Shown here: positions 19,013-27,229 of the stretch, one piece after another
How positions within the stretch are numbered: position 1 is the stretch's first letter
Layout of the letters: every line of letters begins with the position of its first letter
From: a virus
Lineage: Duplodnaviria > Caudoviricetes
Direction: 5' to 3' (one strand)
DNA length: 64,000 bases
Virus record (IMG/VR): IMGVR_UViG_3300014039_000027
Coordinates: 1-64,000 of that record
Position numbers and translations under genes: made by a program
Notes under the pieces: model-generated
The model's input: only the letters and a program-made list of their open reading frames with translations
What the model was told of the DNA's origin: nothing
Database searches by the model: none

Positions 19013-19086
19013 AAAAAATGGAGGCAAAGCCCCGGTCTCCCGTTGGCTTCGCCCCACTTGGCGTTCCGCCCTGCCCGCTTGCAGGG
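19013..19086 (-). terminator. Hairpin-linker-terminator element C, upstream of major tail gene
   Basis: CCCTGC-AAGCGG-GCAGGG, 13-nt linker CGGAACGCCAAGT, GGGGC stem with GAGA loop, CTCCATTTTTT. Confidence 0.7.
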
Positions 19087-19099
19087 TCTATTCCCTTCT

Positions 19100-19906
19100 C
19101 TATGCCTGTCCCATGCCCCGCGTCGATTCCTCCACGGGCCGCAGTGCCGTGTTGCCCTCGCTCACCCGGTCATAAAACAGGCTCGGCCACGGGTTGCCCC
19201 GTTTCCACTGTGTTCCTCTCGCCTCCGCGATGGTGCAGGTCATATACCCCACTATCCGCTGCCACGTCCTCGCTTTCGTCTGCAGCTTCAGTACGGGCCA
19301 CGACTCTATCTCTGTTTCCTCCGCGTGCTCCAGCGCCGCCACCGTCGCCACCCGTTCCCACAGGTCTCCGCTTAGTTTTGCGCCGCCGTTCATCTCCGCC
19401 AGCTCCCGCTGCGCCTCCACCAGCTCCGGGTTGGCCTCCGGGGGCGTCAGCTCTATGCCGTTCTGCGCGGCGATGATCTCCCGCAGGTACTGGAACTGCG
19501 CCGGCGTAATGCGCCACAGCTCCTCTCCGTGCATCACGAACTCTACCGCCGTCAACCGGCTGGGGTCCTTCGTGTCCACCTTGCAGCGGAATGCCCTCAA
19601 GCGCTCGTCCAACGCCTTTCCTCTCCCCAGCCGCAGGGAGAGCGCCAGCATCAAAAGCGCCCTTGACAGCAGTCCCACTGTCTCCTCTCCGCGCTCCATC
19701 GCGTCGTACTCCATCTTGTAGTAGGCCGCCAGCAGCGGCATCACAGCATACGCCACAGGGAGGCTCTGCTGCACGATGTCAATGCCCGGTCGTGCCAACT
19801 CGAATGTCTCCATCTCCTCTACAAGGATGGGGTACAGCGTCAGTCCCTCCGCCTCTATCTCCTCATAGCGGCGGCAGGCCCTTTCTATGCTCTGTGAGAT
19901 CGCCAT
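19100..19906 (-). CDS. Hypothetical virion-module protein, 268 aa
   Basis: Clean ORF in late operon. Confidence 0.55.
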   Translation of the reverse strand: MAISQSIERACRRYEEIEAEGLTLYPILVEEMETFELARPGIDIVQQSLPVAYAVMPLLAAYYKMEYDAMERGEETVGLLSRALLMLALSLRLGRGKALDERLRAFRCKVDTKDPSRLTAVEFVMHGEELWRITPAQFQYLREIIAAQNGIELTPPEANPELVEAQRELAEMNGGAKLSGDLWERVATVAALEHAEETEIESWPVLKLQTKARTWQRIVGYMTCTIAEARGTQWKRGNPWPSLFYDRVSEGNTALRPVEESTRGMGQA

Positions 19907-19956
19907 ATAAACTCTTTTCCTCCCTCACGAAACACCTTGTTGAATATGCAGTTTTC

Positions 19957-20259
19957 TTATAAATGGATCCCGGCCTGTACCAGCAGCGCCGTCACCGCGC
20001 CGCCCAGCACCAGCCATACCAGCTTTTCCACCACGTCGTTCCACCGCTTCGCCGGCAGGTTCGTCAGCGTCTTTACGTCCTTCTTGACCTCCGACAGGTC
20101 CTCCCGTATGTCCTTCTGCTCCCTGGTCATCAGCGCCACCGACGTGGCCAGCTCGTTCAGCGCCTTCTGCTCCTTGGCCAGCTCGTCTATGCGGTGCGTG
20201 TTGCTCTTGCTCCGCTGTTCCACCTCCGTCAGCCGGTGGTCAAAGGTCACTTCGTCCAT
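19957..20259 (-). CDS. XhlA-like coiled-coil membrane protein, 100 aa
   Basis: RLTEVEQRSKSNTHRIDEL coiled coil and C-terminal hydrophobic helix. Confidence 0.6.
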   Translation of the reverse strand: MDEVTFDHRLTEVEQRSKSNTHRIDELAKEQKALNELATSVALMTREQKDIREDLSEVKKDVKTLTNLPAKRWNDVVEKLVWLVLGGAVTALLVQAGIHL

Positions 20260-20279
20260 CTGCGCCGTCCTCCGTTCTC

Positions 20280-20972
20280 TCAGAATGTGGTCACGACGCT
20301 TCCTTCGTCGCTGTCCGCCCACGCAAGGCTCATGTGTACCCGCCGCCCCACGTTCATGCCCTGGTCGTATATGGCGTGAGAGCCGTTGTCCGGGTGCGCC
20401 CCTCTGTCGAAGGTCATCACCCCCGCCCCGCCTATGTTCACGCCGTTCAGCGCCTCTATGATGCACTGCTCCATGTCGTAGCTGCGGGAGTAATCGTCCG
20501 TCCGCGTGGTGGTCTCGTGCCCGTAGTTGCACAGGATGTCAAAGTACACCCCCACCGCCGCCGTAAACGGCGTCTTGGGTATCACCCGCCCGATGTACAC
20601 CTTTACCACCGTCTGCGCCATGCTCTGCGCCTGTCCCCAGTATTCCAGCGGAAACAGCCTGTACCCCTTGGGGTGCTTCGCTTTCTGCTCCTCCGTGTCC
20701 ACCGCCGGGGCCTCGCCGTCAAACAGGACGCTCAGCTTCTCCTCCGCCGTGGGCAGGGGCTGCGCCAGCGGGTTCGCCCCGTCATAGCAGATGTACTTCA
20801 TCAGCCGCACCCGCGGCCTTGCGTTGTCATCCACCGGCGCGTACCCGTTCCTGTCCGGCAGATCCAGCAGGTAGTTCACGATCTTTTTCGGTATCTTCTC
20901 CGCGCCCTTAAAGGTGCCGTAACTCTGAATATGCTCAAATGGGTAGTACGGACTTTCAAAATCCACGCTCAC
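20280..20972 (-). CDS. Neck/tail-terminator-like protein, 230 aa
   Basis: Position between head-tail genes and major tail gene. Confidence 0.45.
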   Translation of the reverse strand: MSVDFESPYYPFEHIQSYGTFKGAEKIPKKIVNYLLDLPDRNGYAPVDDNARPRVRLMKYICYDGANPLAQPLPTAEEKLSVLFDGEAPAVDTEEQKAKHPKGYRLFPLEYWGQAQSMAQTVVKVYIGRVIPKTPFTAAVGVYFDILCNYGHETTTRTDDYSRSYDMEQCIIEALNGVNIGGAGVMTFDRGAHPDNGSHAIYDQGMNVGRRVHMSLAWADSDEGSVVTTF

Positions 20973-21001
20973 GCCCTCACCCCGCTTTCCGTTTTCGTCA
21001 T

Positions 21002-21017
21002 TGTTTCACATGAAACA
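21002..21017. promoter_or_regulatory. parS-like ParB/Spo0J binding site
   Basis: TGTTTCACATGAAACA, 15/16 match to TGTTTCACGTGAAACA, in an AT-rich intergenic gap. Confidence 0.75.
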
Positions 21018-21024
21018 TAGTCAT

Positions 21025-21079
21025 TTCCGTTGCGTTTCGAATATTTTTGCAACTTTTACTTCCGTTGCGTTTTGAATAT
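21025..21079. repeat. Two 20-bp direct repeats TTCCGTTGCGTTT(C/T)GAATAT
   Basis: 21025-21044 and 21060-21079, one mismatch; partial third copy at 20987. Confidence 0.85.
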
Positions 21080-21636
21080 CACTTGCCGGTTTTCTGCGCC
21101 TGCTCCGCCAGCTCCGTCAGCTCCTTCATGCTCTCCGGCGTCATGGCGGCAGCGGCGCTCATGGCCATCCGCGCCACCACATCGTTCATCACCGCCAGAT
21201 TGGCGTTGATCTCCGTGTTCAGCATCTTCTCCAGGTCCCGATAGTCCGCCAGCAGGTCATACGCCTTGTCCCGCAGCGCGTCGCTCTGCTTCTTCATCCG
21301 GTCGATCTGATTGACCAGCTGCACCCCGCCCACCAGGTCGTAGTCGTCGGCGCTCATCAGCCATTTGTCCTCCTCGCAGCCGTCGAAGTCCAGCCGCAGG
21401 TACGCCCGCGATAGTATGCCCATCAGGTAACGGCGCTTCCGTTGCCCGTTCTCCCTATACATGGGCGGCACGTCGCCCCGGAATTTCTCCCCGGTGTTCA
21501 CCACCACCCGGTCGATGCACCTCTCCGCGCAGTGGCTCACAATGGCCGCCTTCTCCATTAGCGGCACATAGGCGTTGGCCTTGGCGAATACCTCTTTCAT
21601 GGTGATGGGCTTGCGCTCCTTGATGCTGTTTTCCAT
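21079..21636 (-). CDS. Hypothetical protein, 185 aa
   Basis: Clean ORF with RBS. Confidence 0.6.
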   Translation of the reverse strand: MENSIKERKPITMKEVFAKANAYVPLMEKAAIVSHCAERCIDRVVVNTGEKFRGDVPPMYRENGQRKRRYLMGILSRAYLRLDFDGCEEDKWLMSADDYDLVGGVQLVNQIDRMKKQSDALRDKAYDLLADYRDLEKMLNTEINANLAVMNDVVARMAMSAAAAMTPESMKELTELAEQAQKTGK

Positions 21637-21681
21637 CTCTCCTGCTCCTTTCAGATTCCTAATGGAAATTCCCTCGCGTGT

Positions 21682-21861
21682 TTACTTTCTGTCCTTACAC
21701 CGCAGTGAGCAGTTCCGCCACTGCGCCGCGTTTTCGTACCGTCCGCTGTCCGGGCAGTGGTACTGGTAGCAGCAGAAGTCGTGTGTCCCCGTCTGCTTCC
21801 CGCACCGTATGATGATCTCCCCCACCTTCCGGTAGGCGTGCTCGCATATCGGCTTTGCCAT
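21682..21861 (-). CDS. Small Cys/His-rich protein, 59 aa
   Basis: ATG 21861 right after previous stop; several Cys and His. Confidence 0.5.
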   Translation of the reverse strand: MAKPICEHAYRKVGEIIIRCGKQTGTHDFCCYQYHCPDSGRYENAAQWRNCSLRCKDRK

Positions 21862-21866
21862 CGTCC

Positions 21867-23186
21867 TTACCACCCCTCCAGTGTGATGTCTGTGCTTACG
21901 CTCTTTCCCTTGCACCGGGCCGTCACCGTCAGGGGCTTCACACTGCCGCCCCAGCAGTACACGGCAGCGGTGTTCCCGTCTGCCTCTGCGGTGTAGCTGT
22001 CCTCCGCCGCCCCGGTGAAGGTCCATTCTATTGCGTCGCCGGTCTCCGCGCCGTTCTCGGTGTATATGGCCGTCAGCGTGGTCTTACCGTAGGCTTCCAG
22101 CCTCTCCACCGGGTCCGTCTGCCAGTGTACGCCGCTTACGCTCTCCGCCACCGTCACCGCATAGGTGCCATAGTGTTCCTCGTTCTGTACCAGCACCGCC
22201 GTTATGGTGCAGTCTCCCTCGCCCACCGCCGTCACGCTGCCCGTGGGGTCCACCCGGCATACGCTCTCATCGCTGCTGTACCACAGGTAGCGGGTGGGGT
22301 GCTCCGCGTCGCCGTCCGCCGCCTCTCCGTTCCGCAGGGACGCGGCGGTGAATTTTGCTTTTTCGCCCACGCTCATGGCCGCCCTGCCGCCCACGTTCAC
22401 CTCCCAGGTGAAGGGGTAGGCGTTGGCCACCCGGCGCGTCAGGTCATCTTTCTCCTTGTCCGGCTCCGTCATCCGCGCCGTGAACCGCAGCAGCCGGCAG
22501 CTCTCGTCGTCCCCGGTGAACTCCTGCGCCACGTCGCTGTACCCGGTGATCTGATACGCCATCCGCCCCAGTATCAACCGGCTGTTCACGTCCAGGTCCT
22601 CCGTTTCACAGTTGCGCTGTATGATAATGTTGAAGTACCCCTGCATAATGAGCATGGTCTCCTGGAAGTCGTTGGCGCTGGCGTTCAGCTTCACGTTCTC
22701 CACCACCATCGGCTCCTTCAGCACGTTGCCGTACCAGTCCAGGTGGTTCCATGTGGCGTTGCACCGCCTTACGATGCCGCCGCCCACGGCGGAGGATATG
22801 TTGGCCGGGTTCGTCACCAGCCAGGTGGAGCCCATTGTCTCCATCTTTGCCCCTTCGGGCACATATTCGATGCGCTTGTCTACAAACAGGAACTCCTTGT
22901 AGTTGTCTATGGGCCGGTCTATGGCGTTGCCCTTCTTCCGCGCGTCGGCAAAGCGTATCAGCTGCTCGCTCCACTCGTAGAAGTTGTTGGGGTCGCTGTC
23001 CAGCCCCTGCACCCGGCAGGCGGTGTAGTCGCTGGCGTACTTGCCGTATGCCTGCACGAACCGCGCCGTGGGGTCGCCGAAGTAGGGGTTCCGCCTGTCG
23101 TTGTACTGTGCGGGTCGGTTGGTGGGCGACTGGGGTCTCTCCGCCATCGCGGCGATATTGCTCAGATTTTTCCGTATGTCCGCCAT
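21867..23186 (-). CDS. Head-closure-like protein with Ig-like (Big_2) domain, 439 aa
   Basis: WYSSDESVCRVDPTGSVTAVGEGDCTITA is a Big_2-type segment; position. Confidence 0.6.
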   Translation of the reverse strand: MADIRKNLSNIAAMAERPQSPTNRPAQYNDRRNPYFGDPTARFVQAYGKYASDYTACRVQGLDSDPNNFYEWSEQLIRFADARKKGNAIDRPIDNYKEFLFVDKRIEYVPEGAKMETMGSTWLVTNPANISSAVGGGIVRRCNATWNHLDWYGNVLKEPMVVENVKLNASANDFQETMLIMQGYFNIIIQRNCETEDLDVNSRLILGRMAYQITGYSDVAQEFTGDDESCRLLRFTARMTEPDKEKDDLTRRVANAYPFTWEVNVGGRAAMSVGEKAKFTAASLRNGEAADGDAEHPTRYLWYSSDESVCRVDPTGSVTAVGEGDCTITAVLVQNEEHYGTYAVTVAESVSGVHWQTDPVERLEAYGKTTLTAIYTENGAETGDAIEWTFTGAAEDSYTAEADGNTAAVYCWGGSVKPLTVTARCKGKSVSTDITLEGW

Positions 23187-23206
23187 CGCCCTTCACCTCC
23201 CCTGTC

Positions 23207-23929
23207 TCACAGGAACTGGTATCGTCCATACCCGCCGCGCCCTCTCTGCACCGTGTTCAGGAACGTACAGTCCTGTTCGTACTTGTGCAGCTCGTCTGTC
23301 AGCCTTGCCCGGTTCTTCTCGTGCTTCGCCGCGCCCTCTCTCATGTAGGTGCCCTCGTTCACCGTGTCAAAGCTCGCGTCCTTTATCTTCATTTGGTCGT
23401 TCAGCCAGTTGCGGAAGAATCGCTCGTCCCACACGTTCGCCACGCACAGTCCCAATATCCGCTTCTGCTCCAGCGTCAGCTCGTGACCAAATTCACCGTC
23501 TGTGTAAAAGTCCAGCGTGTAGTTTATCCCCGCCATGTCCTGCATGGGGAACGTCACCACGCCCGTTTCGGCGTTGTAGCTCGCCCCGGTGTACGGCACC
23601 GCCGTCATGCCGCCCGTCACATCCTGCTCCACAATGGCGCAGGAGAATAGCTCGTAGCCCACCATCCCGGTGTCCACTTCCGTTTCGCCCATCAGGCTGC
23701 TTTCGTCACTGGTCCAGTAGAAGTCGCCGTACTGCGGCTCCACCAGTCCCTCCTTCAGGTACGCCCGCATCTGCACCGGCAGGGAGAATAGGGGGATGGC
23801 ATTGGCCACATACAGGCTCATCCGCCGCAGAAACGCCGCCGGGTCGTTGGCAGCCTCCTCCTGCAGCCGTACATCGTCTATGTCCACCATCGCGTGGTTC
23901 GTCACGATCTCGCTCCACTTCGTCCCCAT
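23207..23929 (-). CDS. Head-tail connector-like protein, 240 aa
   Basis: Position after capsid-associated genes. Confidence 0.5.
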   Translation of the reverse strand: MGTKWSEIVTNHAMVDIDDVRLQEEAANDPAAFLRRMSLYVANAIPLFSLPVQMRAYLKEGLVEPQYGDFYWTSDESSLMGETEVDTGMVGYELFSCAIVEQDVTGGMTAVPYTGASYNAETGVVTFPMQDMAGINYTLDFYTDGEFGHELTLEQKRILGLCVANVWDERFFRNWLNDQMKIKDASFDTVNEGTYMREGAAKHEKNRARLTDELHKYEQDCTFLNTVQRGRGGYGRYQFL

Positions 23930-23941
23930 GTTCTCCCCTCC

Positions 23942-24469
23942 TTATGCCGGAATATAAATGGTTATCATCTCTCCCGCCGTGCCGTCTGTCAGCGCCACGC
24001 CGTCCGCGCCGGTCGAGTCTCCGCCCAGCCCCTCCACCAGCGGCGCGTTGCTGGGGTAGGTGTTTGCTCCGGGGTACAGGGTCGTGCTGGGCATCAGCCC
24101 GGTCTTTTCCGCCTGTGGGTACAGCGTTGCGGAGGGGTACAGTGTCTCTGAAGGGAATAGCCCCTTCGTTATCCGTACAAAGTCCCCCGCCTGTACCGCG
24201 GAGCCGGGGGCGACGCGGTAGGCCGCCTCCCAGTCTCCGTTGCCGTACAGGTACAGGGCATAGCCCTCTCCGCTTGCCAGCGGAAGGCGTATCTGCCCCA
24301 TATCGGGGTAGGTGGAGTTGTTTATCTTCACTCCCGCCTTCCACTTTTCCAGCGCTCCGGGCGCACCGTTGATCTGCATGAACCGTGCCGTGCCTCCTGC
24401 GGCCAGCGGCACCTGCACGACGGAGATGCCCGTATAGGTCACGCCGTTGATCTTTACATCTCTCGCCAT
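23942..24469 (-). CDS. Fibre-like structural protein, 175 aa, with LYP repeats
   Basis: VKINGVTY start; LFPSETLYPSATLYP repeats. Confidence 0.5.
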   Translation of the reverse strand: MARDVKINGVTYTGISVVQVPLAAGGTARFMQINGAPGALEKWKAGVKINNSTYPDMGQIRLPLASGEGYALYLYGNGDWEAAYRVAPGSAVQAGDFVRITKGLFPSETLYPSATLYPQAEKTGLMPSTTLYPGANTYPSNAPLVEGLGGDSTGADGVALTDGTAGEMITIYIPA

Positions 24470-24487
24470 GCTTTCCGTTCCTCTCCG

Positions 24488-24673
24488 TCAGGCTATCGTC
24501 AGTACGCTGCCCGCCGCGGTGATCTGCGGCGTGGTCAGCGTCCCCACGATGGGTGCCCCACTCTTGTCGTGGGCGGTGGCGCCTTTCGCCAGCGTGTTGG
24601 CCGTCACGCTGTCCCCTGACAGGTCCAGCTTTACCGCGCCGTCCACCACGACCTTGTTCACGTTTTTTGCCAT
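24488..24673 (-). CDS. Fibre-repeat protein, 61 aa
   Basis: TAHDKSGAPIVGT; paralogous to N-terminus of 24702-25289. Confidence 0.6.
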   Translation of the reverse strand: MAKNVNKVVVDGAVKLDLSGDSVTANTLAKGATAHDKSGAPIVGTLTTPQITAAGSVLTIA

Positions 24674-24701
24674 CGCCCTTTTACCTCGCTCTCTCCGCCT
24701 C

Positions 24702-25289
24702 TCAGGCGCCGATGGTCAGCGTCACGCCGCCGGCCTCGTTGTCGGTCTCGCTGACGGGAATGGCGTTCACCGTCACGCTGGACAGGCAGTTATAGTCCTC
24801 GTCGGGCAGGATCTCCTGGCTGGCGAAGGTGGGCGTCACGGTCTTGGCCTGCGCCTTCATGTCCTCGCTGCCGGACATGGTGCCCTCCACGCCCAGGATG
24901 GTCACACCCTCGCGGATGTTGGTCGCGATCAGCTTGGCCTGCTCCGCCTCGGCGATCTGCACGGTGCCGCTGCCGTCATGGAAGCCCAGGGGCACGGTAT
25001 ACACCTGCGCCTTGGTGGTGATGCTGCCGGCCACAGCGCCGTTGTTGGGCATGGTACCGGTGACCTCCACGCCCTTCACGAACGCGGTCTTGCCCAGCAG
25101 GATCTCCGCTGCGGACGCGGTAGCGCCGGAGGTGTCCGCATCATAGGTGCAGGTACCCACGATGGGTGCGCCGGTCTTGTCATGGGCGGTGATGCCCTTG
25201 AGCAGCTGGGCAGGCGCCACGCTGTCGCCGGTCAGGTCGATCTTTACCTGACCGCCCAGAATTACTTTGTTGATGTACTGATTAGCCAT
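24702..25289 (-). CDS. Fibre-repeat protein, 195 aa
   Basis: TAHDKTG, EILLGKTAFVKG, VTGTMPNNGA motifs common in phage fibres. Confidence 0.6.
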   Translation of the reverse strand: MANQYINKVILGGQVKIDLTGDSVAPAQLLKGITAHDKTGAPIVGTCTYDADTSGATASAAEILLGKTAFVKGVEVTGTMPNNGAVAGSITTKAQVYTVPLGFHDGSGTVQIAEAEQAKLIATNIREGVTILGVEGTMSGSEDMKAQAKTVTPTFASQEILPDEDYNCLSSVTVNAIPVSETDNEAGGVTLTIGA

Positions 25290-25581
25290 ACTCCACATCT
25301 CCTATCGTTAAAGTTTTTCCGCCGGCGGCATTGCTGACTTCGTACTGGGGAATCTTCTTCACCGTCACGTCGTCGTTCATGCGTTTGGCTTTTGTATGCA
25401 GCACAACAGGCTCGTCCACCTGTGGTGTTACCTCGTATTCGCCCTCGTAGGCGGGGATGATTTCTCCCCCGGTCTGTATCACTACATCCCGTATCTCTAT
25501 CTCCACCACGGGCGTGCCCACCGGGGCGGTATTGGCGTTGGCGTTCTTTTTCTGTTCCGCCGCGAACTGCTGCAGCGCCAT
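25282..25581 (-). CDS. Hypothetical structural protein, 99 aa
   Basis: C-terminal IPQYEVSNAAGGKTLTIG shared with downstream gene. Confidence 0.55.
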   Translation of the reverse strand: MALQQFAAEQKKNANANTAPVGTPVVEIEIRDVVIQTGGEIIPAYEGEYEVTPQVDEPVVLHTKAKRMNDDVTVKKIPQYEVSNAAGGKTLTIGDVEYG

Positions 25582-25890
25582 TTACATCACCCCTTTTGAC
25601 CGACTTGCGGAGACATAGATGGTCTTGCCCTTCGCCCCCACCACGCTCTCGTCGTTGAATTTTATCCGCGCCTGCACCGGCGGCGTCCTCCCCGCCTTAA
25701 AGGCGAAGGTCTGCTCCTGCGTCAGCGGGAATAGCCACTGTCCGTTTTCCTCGTCGTAGCGCACCACGCCGGGGTACGTCCTCGTCAGGTTCCCTATGGT
25801 GATCTCCAGCCGCAGCACCATCTCCGGCGTTATCAGCAATTCGCCTTGCCGCAGCACGATGGGCAGCGAATAGGCGTCACCCTGCATCAT
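25582..25890 (-). CDS. Hypothetical structural protein, 102 aa
   Basis: MMQGDAYSLPI start; RBS. Confidence 0.55.
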   Translation of the reverse strand: MMQGDAYSLPIVLRQGELLITPEMVLRLEITIGNLTRTYPGVVRYDEENGQWLFPLTQEQTFAFKAGRTPPVQARIKFNDESVVGAKGKTIYVSASRSKGVM

Positions 25891-25932
25891 GGCCGTTCCC
25901 TCCTTCCGCTTGTATGGCCAAGGACTCCGCTT

Positions 25933-26739
25933 TTACTTGGCGTCCTTTTCGTTCATGTCCTCAATGATGGCAATAAAGTCGCCCTTCTCGTGTCCCTTGC
26001 GTTTGCTCAGCGCGTTCAGCTTCACCGTGCGCTCCCGCGTCACGTACCGGCTGCCCTGGCGATAGGCATCGGCGTACATCTGCGCCGCCATCACCTTGTG
26101 TCCCTCGCACAGCGCCGGGTAGATGTGCAGCAGCTCATCCCCCAGCTCCACCAGCTTGGCAAACGCCCGCTTGTCCAGCACCTCGCCGGGCTTGTAGTCC
26201 ACGCCCAGCGCCTCGCGCTCCTCGTCCGTCAGGCCGCTTACCACCAGCAGCCACCGCTGCGCCATGAACCGGCGGTTCATCTCCGTCAGTATGCGGCTCA
26301 GGTCCGGCTTCGGCACATAAAAGCTCCCTGTCTTTCCCACGATGTTGCCGTACATTCCGCCCTCGCCGAACTGCACCACGTTGTCGTCCGCCACCGGCGC
26401 CATCCACAGGAAATGTACCTGCTCCGCGCTGGTGCTCACCTGCACGATCTGCGGCGCCGCCTGCTGAGGAATGTTTTTCAGCGCCTCCGCCACGGCGGCG
26501 GCAGCGGCCTCTTTCATCATCTGCTGCACCTGCTCCGCGGTGTACATCACCGGCGCGGCGGGCGCTTCCGGGGCATCAGCCGCCGCCTGCGCGTTCTCCT
26601 GCGCCGCAGTGTTCACGTCCCCGCCCTCGTCGGGAGCGTCCGCGCTCACCTGGGGCGCCAGCATCACCTGGTCCTCCTCGCTCTCCTCCGCTGCGATCTG
26701 CGCGGCCAGCTTGCTTCCGCTTTTCTTCTGCTTACCCAT
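25933..26739 (-). CDS. Hypothetical protein following the capsid gene, 268 aa
   Basis: GAAAGGAG RBS before ATG 26739; acidic/Ala-rich N-terminus. Confidence 0.6.
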   Translation of the reverse strand: MGKQKKSGSKLAAQIAAEESEEDQVMLAPQVSADAPDEGGDVNTAAQENAQAAADAPEAPAAPVMYTAEQVQQMMKEAAAAAVAEALKNIPQQAAPQIVQVSTSAEQVHFLWMAPVADDNVVQFGEGGMYGNIVGKTGSFYVPKPDLSRILTEMNRRFMAQRWLLVVSGLTDEEREALGVDYKPGEVLDKRAFAKLVELGDELLHIYPALCEGHKVMAAQMYADAYRQGSRYVTRERTVKLNALSKRKGHEKGDFIAIIEDMNEKDAK

Positions 26740-26779
26740 GCTTTCTGCTCCTTTCATATTCCTTTCATGGTCTGTTTCT

Positions 26780-27105
26780 GTCTGCCGCAATGCGTCAAGG
26801 CTCCCGCCGCTGCCCCGTTTACACGTCGGCGCATTGCATACCCTCCGGTCTCCCGGCACTTCCTTTTGAAAAAGTCCCCGCTGGGCCACATCGCTGAGAG
26901 GTGCGCGGGGTCCTATACACAAGCCCGCAGTATTGCGCCTTCCGGCCCGCGGGAATTGTTTTTGCAAGCCGCCTTTTTACACCGGACGGACGGCGTGTCT
27001 GCTGGCAACCGTGTTACTTTTAGGCGCTCAATACACGGATAAAGCGCCAATGCTGACACACTTTCAGGGCGGCGCTATGCCATTGCCCAACGGCAGTGTC
27101 CTCCG
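26780..27105 (-). ncRNA. Candidate structured RNA behind tRNA-Trp
   Basis: Four GNRA-capped hairpins (GGAA, GAGA, GUAA, GGGA) on the minus strand, 8-bp closing stem, alternative AGCGCC/GGCGCT pairings. Confidence 0.55.
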
Positions 27106-27109
27106 CTTT

Positions 27110-27184
27110 TGGCACGGACGCGAGGACTCGAACCCCGAACTGCGGTTTTGGAGACCGCCGTTTTCCCGCTTAAACTAAATCCGC
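27110..27184 (-). tRNA. trnW: tRNA-Trp (CCA)
   Basis: Cloverleaf; anticodon stem GCGGT/ACCGC with loop CTCCAAA; GTTCGAG T-loop; encoded CCA; one U7-C66 mismatch. Confidence 0.9.
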
Positions 27185-27190
27185 ATATCC

Positions 27191-27215
27191 GGGGAGGGGC
27201 TTTCGCCCCTTCCCC
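27191..27215 (-). other. GC hairpin with GAAA loop after capsid gene
   Basis: GGGGAAGGGGC-GAAA-GCCCCTCCCC, no U-tail on coding strand. Confidence 0.65.
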
Positions 27216-27229
27216 TGTGTGGTTTTTCC

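Noticed and set aside
27040-27109. HDV-like (theta) ribozyme after the tRNA, and a SAM-I look-alike (GGCAACC...GCCAA) on the plus strand
   Set aside because: P1 is only about 4 bp and the L3 consensus is missing; the tRNA already encodes CCA; the SAM-I 5' half is absent and on the wrong strand
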